Shown here: positions 9,801-18,038 of the stretch, piece by piece | Layout: every line of letters starts with the position of its first letter | Numbering within the stretch: position 1 is the stretch's first letter | Origin: an uncultured Dehalococcoidia bacterium | GTDB taxonomy: Bacteria > Chloroflexota > Dehalococcoidia > Lucifugimonadales > CATQGZ01 | NCBI GenBank assembly: GCA_964570875.1 | Contig: CAZMZE010000021.1 | Span: 4,987-68,986, forward strand | Length of the DNA: 64,000 nt | Direction of reading: 5' to 3' | Position numbers and translations under genes: made by a program | The notes under the pieces: model-generated | What the model saw: only the letters and a program-made list of their open reading frames with translations | What the model was told of the DNA's origin: nothing | Databases searched by the model: none

Positions 9801-10114
9801 TTGGTAAAACAGTCTTTTTACAAACTGCTGACAACCTTTGGAAAGAACATATGATACTGATGGAAAATCTATTTCAAAGTTTTTCGTCCGGCATGGATGG
9901 AATTGCTAACTCTTTGGCAAGATTTAAATTTGAGGCATTCCAAGAATATTGCAATTTCCAGGCACTAGTTATTGAGCAATTTTTATGTAATTTGGTTAAA
10001 TCAACAAATACAGACCATCTAGAGGATCGTCAACAATCAGTGCAACTCAGCACCGACATTCGATCAATGTTGGAATTTACTTTAATGAATGAAACAAAAA
10101 TGGAGGTGAATTGA
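6806..10114 (+). CDS. highly divergent SecA-like ATPase (SecA paralog, no SEC-C tail)
   Basis: 1102 aa. SecA hallmarks appear in order: [38 protein letters not shown] (cf. E. coli [38 protein letters not shown]), [77 protein letters not shown] and LWKEH. It has an N-terminal extension and a large NBD2 insertion, and ends ...NETKMEVN without a zinc finger. Confidence 0.85.
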   Translation: [1102 protein letters not shown]

Positions 10115-10115
10115 T

Positions 10116-10895
10116 ATGAAAAACAGATCTCTTGGTCGTGGTTTCGCTGCTTTTGCAGGCAGTATGGTGGTAGTTAGCCCGGCCCTCGCAGCATGCGCGG
10201 CAGAGCCAAGCTACGAAGACTGGGCGGCAACTGACGGTGCCGCAGGACGAATTAATTTAGATGATGTTCAAGATGCATTCAAGAGGTCAGAAAGTGTTAC
10301 AGACTTTGAAGACAGAGTAAATCGTATTTACGAAGGAGATGGAATAATTTTGATCCGTGTAGATCAAGATGGCAGTCGAATGCAATTGGAAGCGTTTGAA
10401 GATCTTGATAAAAACGGTGAAATCAGTGAATCTTCGGACGATAAACTATTCTCAATTGTTAAAGACCATGACCAGCATGAAATGCGAGGATACGGAGCGA
10501 ACGGTTACTACGGAAGTCACTTTGGTACAGGAAATTTCCTGTTCACATATTTAATGTTCTCATCGATAGCAGGACGTCCTTATTACTACCACACTACGCC
10601 CGCTAGATACTCTAATATCAGTCAGAATCGAGCGTCATATAGGAAATCAGCTTCATATGGTAATCAACTAAAAAGAAATCACTATTACAACAATCAGCAG
10701 AAAAATTTTAAAGGATCACAATATAGCAACGCTGGCCGTAATATCAGTCAAGGCAGACAAACTTATCAATCAGTACAAAAATCCAGTGGTCAGTTCAAAT
10801 CCCTGAACAAAAGCGCAACGAGGTTTGGAAGCAGAGGTAGCACCAGAGGAGGTGGTGGATCAAACCGGATAATCGGCTTCGGACGGACAACATAA
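10116..10895 (+). CDS. predicted lipoprotein with DxDxNG calcium-loop-like motif and low-complexity Q/N/Y/S/G/R-rich C-terminus
   Basis: N-terminus MKNRSLGRGFAAFAGSMVVVSPALAAC has a positive n-region, a hydrophobic core and the lipobox L-A-A-C. It also has FEDLDKNGEISESSDD. The C-terminal ~110 aa are low-complexity (YYHTTPARYSNISQNRASYRKSASYGNQLKRNHYYNNQQKNFKGSQYSNAGRN...RGGGGSNRIIGFGRTT). Confidence 0.65.
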   Translation: MKNRSLGRGFAAFAGSMVVVSPALAACAAEPSYEDWAATDGAAGRINLDDVQDAFKRSESVTDFEDRVNRIYEGDGIILIRVDQDGSRMQLEAFEDLDKNGEISESSDDKLFSIVKDHDQHEMRGYGANGYYGSHFGTGNFLFTYLMFSSIAGRPYYYHTTPARYSNISQNRASYRKSASYGNQLKRNHYYNNQQKNFKGSQYSNAGRNISQGRQTYQSVQKSSGQFKSLNKSATRFGSRGSTRGGGGSNRIIGFGRTT

Positions 10896-10900
10896 ACACA

Positions 10901-11860
10901 ATGGCACGGATACATATGTCTCTTGAGACATCTCCTGAACTGGGTTTCCTTGAGTTAGAAATCCATTCTGAATGGTATTCCAAAACATTTGAAGAACTTC
11001 TTCGTTACATTTTCACTCAAAGATCGCATATCCCTACTGATGATTCCGCATACGGGCTAACCGTTATCGATAACCTAGATACGCCTGAGATATATCAAGC
11101 TTTCTCTAACATCTTTAATTCTTGGTCACTCGGGTTATGCACTTTAAACATTGAAACTAGTGACAATAGCAAATTACCGATACTGACTCCTCTAAATGAT
11201 ATTTTGCTATCAATAGTTCGTGAGAACAAATCAATAATCCTGAAGCAAACCTTTGATCCACTTCAGTGGTACAGCAGTCAAAACAACGATTTCGACCAAT
11301 TAATAGAATGGTTGAAAATATCAACTCTCGTCTACGTAATAGACAAAAATCTGGATCAAACCAGGCCCGATTGGCACGAATCTATCACATCATTGTTGGA
11401 CGAGATCCGTCCAAATGATTTGGCAATTAAAACGGAGGAAGGAAAATTAGAAATCACTAGTACAGGAAGAGAATTGTTGAGATCAATGATTGAAGAAACC
11501 GAATCTTACATTGAAGGATACGACATATTCAAAGACGTTCTCTACGACCGAGAGATGTTTTCTGCACGCTTCGGCACTGGGCACGGCCACGATCTTCGCG
11601 TGCAAGTGTTTGAATCAGAAGGGTTTAATTCCATTCGTACCGTGTTCATGCTTATGCTTTACGATGGTACGTTAGAACTGGCATTAAATAACTCAATGGA
11701 TTTTTCTCTATCAAATGTTTTTTTCAACAACCTCTTAATACCTGTGTTGGACAGAGTTATAGTTGAAGACTCAGACCTAAACTGGATCATAGAAGCTGGA
11801 TTTGAACATTCAACTACAACAAATCACACCGAGCACGATTTTAAAAAGCTGATACGTTGA
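10901..11860 (+). CDS. hypothetical protein (last gene of the SecA-like cluster)
   Basis: 319-aa ORF starting 5 nt after the upstream stop. No motif recognised. Confidence 0.5.
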   Translation: MARIHMSLETSPELGFLELEIHSEWYSKTFEELLRYIFTQRSHIPTDDSAYGLTVIDNLDTPEIYQAFSNIFNSWSLGLCTLNIETSDNSKLPILTPLNDILLSIVRENKSIILKQTFDPLQWYSSQNNDFDQLIEWLKISTLVYVIDKNLDQTRPDWHESITSLLDEIRPNDLAIKTEEGKLEITSTGRELLRSMIEETESYIEGYDIFKDVLYDREMFSARFGTGHGHDLRVQVFESEGFNSIRTVFMLMLYDGTLELALNNSMDFSLSNVFFNNLLIPVLDRVIVEDSDLNWIIEAGFEHSTTTNHTEHDFKKLIR

Positions 11861-11898
11861 ACACCGGGTTTTTCGGCTAACATAGATTCTAGATCTCT

Positions 11899-12363
11899 TC
11901 AATCTCTGCGAGCTTGATACTTATCATCAGTATCAAGCATGATAGTTACAGGACCGTCATTGACTATAGTCACAGACATGTGTGCTTGAAAACGACCAAT
12001 CTGTACATTCAGACCTGATTTTGACAGAATCTCTACTAGGCTATCAATCAATTTACGTGCCAGGTCTGGGTGTGCAGCTTTAGTAAAACTGGGCCGTCTA
12101 CCCTTTCGTGTGTCACCATAAAGAGTGAATTGGCTAACAACTAATATATTTGAGGATTCATCAAGTACTGATTTATCAAATTTCCCACTAGCATCCGAGA
12201 AAATCCTGAGATTGAGCAGTTTGTCTGATATATATTCTGCCTCTATATCTGTGTCGCTAGAACAAACTCCCAAAAAAACAAGTAACCCGCCTTCAATACT
12301 GCTTACTAGTTCTTGTCCAACAGACACTGATGCACCAGAGACTCGTTGGACCAAGGCCCTCAA
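11899..12363 (-). CDS. dtd: D-aminoacyl-tRNA deacylase
   Basis: N-terminus MRALVQRVSGASVSV..., ~150 aa, with SQFTLYGDTRKGRRPSF and a C-terminal NDGPVT motif typical of Dtd. Confidence 0.9.
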   Translation of the reverse strand: MRALVQRVSGASVSVGQELVSSIEGGLLVFLGVCSSDTDIEAEYISDKLLNLRIFSDASGKFDKSVLDESSNILVVSQFTLYGDTRKGRRPSFTKAAHPDLARKLIDSLVEILSKSGLNVQIGRFQAHMSVTIVNDGPVTIMLDTDDKYQARRD

Positions 12364-12366
12364 TGG

Positions 12367-12696
12367 TTAGTTGTCTCCTGCAACTTTTGGAGTAGGTTCC
12401 GATTTTGCCGAGGAGGATTCTTTAGGTTTTCCATCAGTTTTAGTCCCGTTATCAGATTCGGAGGATGCATCCTTAGGTTTTGTTGGTTCAGATGTAGAAC
12501 TACTTGATCCAGTCTTACCCTTGCCATAATCATTTACATAAAACCCGCTACCTTTGAAAACCACCGGGACTGAATGAATAAGCCTCCTAGTTTTACCATC
12601 ACAATTGGGGCAGCTAGATATCGACTCATCATCAAAGCTCTGTTTGACTTCAAACACATGATCGCAGTCTATACATTCATAATCGTACCGGGGCAC
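12367..12696 (-). CDS. FmdB-family zinc-ribbon regulatory protein
   Basis: MPRYDYECIDCDHVFEVKQSFDDESISSCPNCDG is the CxxC...CxxC signature of the FmdB/CxxC_CxxC_SSSS family. The tail is low-complexity and S/K/P-rich. GTG start preceded by GGAGA. Confidence 0.85.
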   Translation of the reverse strand: MPRYDYECIDCDHVFEVKQSFDDESISSCPNCDGKTRRLIHSVPVVFKGSGFYVNDYGKGKTGSSSSTSEPTKPKDASSESDNGTKTDGKPKESSSAKSEPTPKVAGDN

Positions 12697-12799
12697 AACA
12701 TCTCCATAAATATTGACAAATTTTGGTTGTTCAAAGCAGGCCTAGTAAAAGAAAAATCTAGCATTCAGAGCCACAGAGTGTCAAGAGCAATTGCCATTT

Positions 12800-15019
12800 T
12801 TAGCTGGTGACGGCGCGCTGCAGAGAGTTCAACCAAGTGTCTGATGCCAAATTAACAGGCAAGTCTATTAAATCTCCAATTTTAATATTTTCTCCACCAA
12901 CCATTCCAATCTGAACATAGGGCAAATTCATTGATCGACACACATTTTCCATTTCGGTAATTTTCTCTTTAGGTAAAGACACCAATATCCTAGACTGGGC
13001 TTCTCCAAACAAAAATGCATCCCATCTCTCCCCAATCGTCAAACTTGACTCAAACCCAATATTACCATCAATACAACTCTCTGATAGTGCCACAGCAAGG
13101 CCTCCTTCAGAGAGATCATGAGCAGAGCTTATGATCTCTTTTTTAATCAAGCTGATGCACGTCTTTTGCAGATTTATTTCTAAATCCAAATCAATATGTG
13201 GCTGTCCGGCGACCAAGTTATGAGTCAATTCCAAATATTCGCTTCCTGCAAGTGAATTGATATCCGGTGAGGCGCTGTTCATACCTAACACAACAACGAT
13301 ATCGCCTGACTCCTTGAATCCTATACCCACTCGACAATTAACATCATCAAGTAATCCTAACGCTCCTACAACAGGTGTCGGATAAATTGCCACATCCTGA
13401 CTTTCGTTATACAAACTTACATTTCCACTCACAACCGGTGCTGAAAATGCCTTACTTGCCTCAGCCATTCCTTTAACACATTGTTCGAGCTGAAAATATA
13501 TGTCTAATTTTTCTGGATTCACAAAATTCAAACAGTCTGTTAATGCAATTGGTTCAGCCCCTGTGCAAGCTAAATTCCTACATGCTTCTGCAACCGATAT
13601 AATACCTCCTATGAATGGATCTAGGAAGCATAATCGGCTATTGCCATCGGTAGTTAATGCTATTCCTTTGGAGGTATTCTTGACCCTTAACACCGCCGCA
13701 TCACCACCCGGCCCATCAACGGTATTCGTCTGTACTTGATGGTCGTATTGCCGGTAAACCCAACGCTTGCTCGCGATAGTATGAGAATTTAAGAGATCTA
13801 GCAAAATATTTTGAGCATTCAGACCCTGAATTTGCAACTCAGAAAGTGGGTATCGCTGAAGTTCATACATTTCGTCAGTCTTCAAACCGATGTATTCGTA
13901 TAGAGGTGGATCGGTCAAAATATCTACTGGTACGGAAGCACACAACTCTGCTCCATCATATATTTTTGCTAAACCATCTTCTGTTACAGATCCGATCACA
14001 ATTGAGTCGAGATCCCATTTTTCGAATATATTAGTAATTTCACTCTCATAACCTGATTCGACAACAAGTAACATTCTTTCCTGCGATTCCGATAGCATCA
14101 CTTCATACGGTTCCATTCCTACATCTCTTCTCGGAATCAAAGCAACATCTATCTCTATTCCTCTTCCTTCTTTCGCTGCTATTTCCACAGATGCACTTGT
14201 GAGCCCTGCGGCTCCCAAATCCTGTACTCCAATTACATGTTCGTTCGACACAGCTTCCAAACAGGCCTCTATCAATACTTTTTCCAAAAAAGGGTTGCCA
14301 ACCTGAACAGTGGGTCTAAGCTCTCTGTCATCCTCAAAAGTCCTAGACGCCAGCCCTGAGGCGCCGTGAATGCCATCACGCCCCGTATCAGCTCCGACCA
14401 ACATGAGTAAATTACCCGGATCTCCGCTTTTTGATTGGACCAATGATTCCGTTTCCAAGAGACCCACACACATAGCGTTAACCAGAGGATTTCCAGAATA
14501 AGATTCACCAAATATTATCTCTCCGCCAATATTGGGGACTCCTATACAATTTCCATATCCAGAAATACCCGCCACTACTCCTTGACAAAGATGTCTGTTG
14601 TTTTGCTCATTAAGAGGTCCAAAATGCAGAGAGTTTAACAATGCAATAGGCCTCGCTCCCATGGCAAAAATATCTCTCACAATCCCTCCAACACCAGTCG
14701 CTGCGCCCTCATATGGTTCTATTGCTGATGGATGGTTATGAGATTCGATTTTCATCGCCACCGCTAAACCATCTCCAATATCAACAACTCCCGCATTTTC
14801 TTCCCCAGGTTTCACCAATAGTCGTGGACTGTCGGCCGCAAACATACGCAACAATTTCTTGGAGTGTTTATAGCCACAGTGTTCGCTCCACAAAGAACCA
14901 AATAATCCTAATTCCAACTTGTTGGGTTCTCTTCCAAGTCTAGTGACTATTTGTTTATATTCGTCATCGGAAATCGCCAATTCATCTAGCATTTGTCCGA
15001 TTATGGTCGACTGTTTCAT
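12800..15019 (-). CDS. purL: phosphoribosylformylglycinamidine synthase subunit PurL
   Basis: 739 aa. Has EHCGYKHS, ESHNHPSAIEPYEGAATGVGGI.RD and the duplicated AIR-synthase-like architecture. Sits directly downstream of purQ. Confidence 0.95.
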   Translation of the reverse strand: MKQSTIIGQMLDELAISDDEYKQIVTRLGREPNKLELGLFGSLWSEHCGYKHSKKLLRMFAADSPRLLVKPGEENAGVVDIGDGLAVAMKIESHNHPSAIEPYEGAATGVGGIVRDIFAMGARPIALLNSLHFGPLNEQNNRHLCQGVVAGISGYGNCIGVPNIGGEIIFGESYSGNPLVNAMCVGLLETESLVQSKSGDPGNLLMLVGADTGRDGIHGASGLASRTFEDDRELRPTVQVGNPFLEKVLIEACLEAVSNEHVIGVQDLGAAGLTSASVEIAAKEGRGIEIDVALIPRRDVGMEPYEVMLSESQERMLLVVESGYESEITNIFEKWDLDSIVIGSVTEDGLAKIYDGAELCASVPVDILTDPPLYEYIGLKTDEMYELQRYPLSELQIQGLNAQNILLDLLNSHTIASKRWVYRQYDHQVQTNTVDGPGGDAAVLRVKNTSKGIALTTDGNSRLCFLDPFIGGIISVAEACRNLACTGAEPIALTDCLNFVNPEKLDIYFQLEQCVKGMAEASKAFSAPVVSGNVSLYNESQDVAIYPTPVVGALGLLDDVNCRVGIGFKESGDIVVVLGMNSASPDINSLAGSEYLELTHNLVAGQPHIDLDLEINLQKTCISLIKKEIISSAHDLSEGGLAVALSESCIDGNIGFESSLTIGERWDAFLFGEAQSRILVSLPKEKITEMENVCRSMNLPYVQIGMVGGENIKIGDLIDLPVNLASDTWLNSLQRAVTS

Positions 15020-15022
15020 TTT

Positions 15023-15745
15023 CTATCCAATTCCAGCAATTGAATTATCATTAATACCAATCAAGCTTCGTATTGCTGATTCAAATATCATCTTGCCATC
15101 ACTTCCGCCTAATATTTCCTCACAACAACGCTCTGGATGTGGCATCATGCCGAGCACATTCCCTCGAATATTAGTAATGCCTGCTATATTTCTGGCAGCT
15201 CCATTAGGATTGAATTCATCTGTAATTGCTCCATCGATGGAACAATACCGGAAAGCTATTTGATTATTCTCCTCCAACAAATCCAGAGTGTCTTGGTCAG
15301 CGTAATAATTACCCTCACCGTGAGAAATAGGCACTTTCAAAATTTGACCGACACGTGCCGCTGAAGTAAAGGGACTATGAGTCGTTTCAACTCTTAAATT
15401 GACCCACTCGCATCTGAATTGCAAATGTGAGTTACGAGTAAGAACACCCGGCAACAATCCAGATTCACATAAAATTTGAAAACCATTGCATATCCCAATA
15501 ACAAGACCACCCGAATTTGCAAATTCTTCCACTGCTTTCATTACAGGTGCAAACCTAGCAATCGCTCCAGACCTGAGATGGTCTCCGTATGAGAAGCCCC
15601 CTGGCAAAATAACGCAGTCATAAGAAGAAATATCTGTTTCCTTGTGCCAAATGTATTCAACAGGTTGCTTGAATATTTCATCAATTACATGAAAACAATC
15701 AGTGTCACTCCATGTTCCCGGGAAAACAACAACTCCGAATTTCAT
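15023..15745 (-). CDS. purQ: phosphoribosylformylglycinamidine synthase glutaminase subunit PurQ
   Basis: [16 protein letters not shown]..., GICNGFQIL (nucleophile Cys elbow) and MPHPER (His/Glu of the class I amidotransferase triad). Confidence 0.95.
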   Translation of the reverse strand: MKFGVVVFPGTWSDTDCFHVIDEIFKQPVEYIWHKETDISSYDCVILPGGFSYGDHLRSGAIARFAPVMKAVEEFANSGGLVIGICNGFQILCESGLLPGVLTRNSHLQFRCEWVNLRVETTHSPFTSAARVGQILKVPISHGEGNYYADQDTLDLLEENNQIAFRYCSIDGAITDEFNPNGAARNIAGITNIRGNVLGMMPHPERCCEEILGGSDGKMIFESAIRSLIGINDNSIAGIG

Positions 15746-15868
15746 ATTGAATCCTTTTGGAGATACATTTTAGTCAAAGATTTTGCCCCGCAACTTCAAT
15801 CGATATGCGACCATGCCAGTTTTAACTCAGTGTGCCCAATCTGAACAAGTCTGACCGTTAACAATATT

Positions 15869-16333
15869 TCAACTGTTATCCATGTCTTGGTCTTGCAGAA
15901 GCTGTGAAGCGATCTTTTGGACTTGGCGCCCATCTGCCTTTCCTTTAACTTTTGGCATCACAACTCTCATTACCATTCCGATGTTTTTTACATCGGTCAC
16001 ACCTGCCTCATCAATTGATTCCTGAACTATTTTTGTAATCGTATCGGTATCCATTTGCTCTGGTAGATAATTGAGGATGATATTAAGTTCCTGTTTTTCT
16101 TTCTGAACGAGATCGTCACGTCCGCCTATTCCAAAAGATTCTATTGACTCCCTACGCTGCTTTGCTTGCTTGGTCAAAACTCGGATTACTGCTTCATCAT
16201 CTAATTCTTTTTTATCCTCTATTTCTTGGTTGTGTATTTCAGCGGAAAGCATCCGAATAACGGATCGACGCAAAACATCACCTTGTCGCATTGCTTCTTT
16301 TAAGTCAGTAGATAAAGAATCTTTAACAGTCAT
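15869..16333 (-). CDS. GatB/YqeY domain-containing protein
   Basis: 154 aa; L..DLKEAMR.GD..R..VIRML.AEI....I... matches the YqeY pattern. Confidence 0.85.
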   Translation of the reverse strand: MTVKDSLSTDLKEAMRQGDVLRRSVIRMLSAEIHNQEIEDKKELDDEAVIRVLTKQAKQRRESIESFGIGGRDDLVQKEKQELNIILNYLPEQMDTDTITKIVQESIDEAGVTDVKNIGMVMRVVMPKVKGKADGRQVQKIASQLLQDQDMDNS

Positions 16334-16419
16334 TGGTTCAGTCTTTCAATTAATTGATTTTTCAAATGTGTACTCCACAAACGAGTATATGTATCCAGTA
16401 GACTAGGCGTCAAGAAACA

Positions 16420-17880
16420 CTAAAACTTGTCTATAGCTGTTCTAATAGAACATAGAACTTTTTCTCTTCCCAGTATTTCTAAGGATTCAAATAATGGAGG
16501 AGCTACCTTTAGCCCGGTCACAGCCACCCTAATAGATCCAAAGAGCTGGCCAATCTTGATCCCTAGCGTATCTGCTAAAACGCGCATTTCTGCTTCCATT
16601 GGTTCAGAATCAAAATGCTTTATTTTCGATAATAAATCGTGTGCTGATTCCAGAGCAGATCTAGTAAGCTCATGGTCCATATTTTTTTGGATTAATTCTT
16701 CCTTAGAATAATCTAACTCCTGGTCAAAAAAGAATCGTGTCAACGCCAATGCATCACTCATTATTTTTATCCGTTCACGAATAAGTGGTACAATCTTCTC
16801 TAAATAATCTATCTCAGGCAACTGTTTTAGGCCGACATCAGGGATAGATCCCCAATATTCCAGCAACTCACTAGCGAGCTTTTTATCATCCAGTGCGCGT
16901 AAATATTGGCTGTTTAGCCAAAGTAATTTTTGTTGATCAAATATTGCGCCAGCTTTGCTAACTTTGGTTATGGAAAAATATTCAACAAGTTCCTGTCTAT
17001 TCAGTACTTCGGTCTTATCGTCAAGTGACCATCCCAGCAGTGCAAGAAAATTAACCACCGCTTCTGGTAAATATCCGTCCTTTTTGTATTCAAGCAAAGA
17101 TGCAGCACCATGACGTTTACTTAATTTAGTTTTATCTGAAGCCAGTATCATGGGAACATGTGCAAAATCTGGAGGTGACCAACCCAAAGCTGAATAGATT
17201 TGTAAATGACGCGGGATACTCGAAAGCCACTCTTCAGCTCTTACAACATGACTGATATCCATCGATTTGTCATCAACCACATTGGCCAGATGATAAGTTG
17301 GGAAGCCGTCGGATTTCAATAGTACAAAATCATCAATCAGTTTGTTTTCAAAAGTTACAGTCCCACGAACCATATCGTTTACAGAAGTTGTCCCTTCCAG
17401 TGGCATCTTGAATCTCACCACAGGAGTGGTTTTACCTTTCTCCCATTCAATCCTTTCTGCGATACCCATTCCCCTGCACCGTCTATCATAGCCAGGGTCT
17501 TTTTTTAACCTAGATTGCTTATTTCTAAGTTCCTTCAGTCGTTGGGTAGAACAAAAACAATAATATGCATGTCCGCTTTTAAGAAGTTGGGATGCTACAT
17601 CACGATACCCATCCAACCTCAGGGACTGCAGATATGGTCCGTATTTGCCACCAATATCAGGCCCTTCATCCCAATCTAGCCCTAGCCATTTCAAAGATTC
17701 CAACAGCGCCTGAGTGGCTCCCGGTACTTCACGAGTCTGGTCAGTATCTTCGACCCTAACAATTACAGTGCCTTTATTATGCCTGGCGAATAGCCAATTA
17801 AATACGGCTGTCCTAATATTGCCTACATGCGGGTCTCCAGTAGGGCTAGGAGCAAATCTAACTCTAATCTTTTTATCCAT
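16420..17880 (-). CDS. gltX: glutamate--tRNA ligase
   Basis: RFAPSPTGDPHVGNIRTA (HIGH-type motif), KLSKRHG (KMSKS) and 486 aa. Confidence 0.95.
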   Translation of the reverse strand: MDKKIRVRFAPSPTGDPHVGNIRTAVFNWLFARHNKGTVIVRVEDTDQTREVPGATQALLESLKWLGLDWDEGPDIGGKYGPYLQSLRLDGYRDVASQLLKSGHAYYCFCSTQRLKELRNKQSRLKKDPGYDRRCRGMGIAERIEWEKGKTTPVVRFKMPLEGTTSVNDMVRGTVTFENKLIDDFVLLKSDGFPTYHLANVVDDKSMDISHVVRAEEWLSSIPRHLQIYSALGWSPPDFAHVPMILASDKTKLSKRHGAASLLEYKKDGYLPEAVVNFLALLGWSLDDKTEVLNRQELVEYFSITKVSKAGAIFDQQKLLWLNSQYLRALDDKKLASELLEYWGSIPDVGLKQLPEIDYLEKIVPLIRERIKIMSDALALTRFFFDQELDYSKEELIQKNMDHELTRSALESAHDLLSKIKHFDSEPMEAEMRVLADTLGIKIGQLFGSIRVAVTGLKVAPPLFESLEILGREKVLCSIRTAIDKF

Positions 17881-18038
17881 TTTACCGCCTCTAAAATCAT
17901 TCTAGCACGGAGTTGAATTGGTTATGAGAGTTACACGGCGAAGGGGGGAGATCCATTAATGCCAAGTACTTCTTGATAATGCAAATTTATAAACGTTCTG
18001 AAACCTGAAACACTGGAGATCGTAAGTGTTAAACATTT

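Noticed and set aside
15746-15868. Looked for purS upstream of purQ
   Set aside because: Only 123 nt separate purQ from the YqeY-like gene and no suitable ORF is present. purS must be elsewhere.
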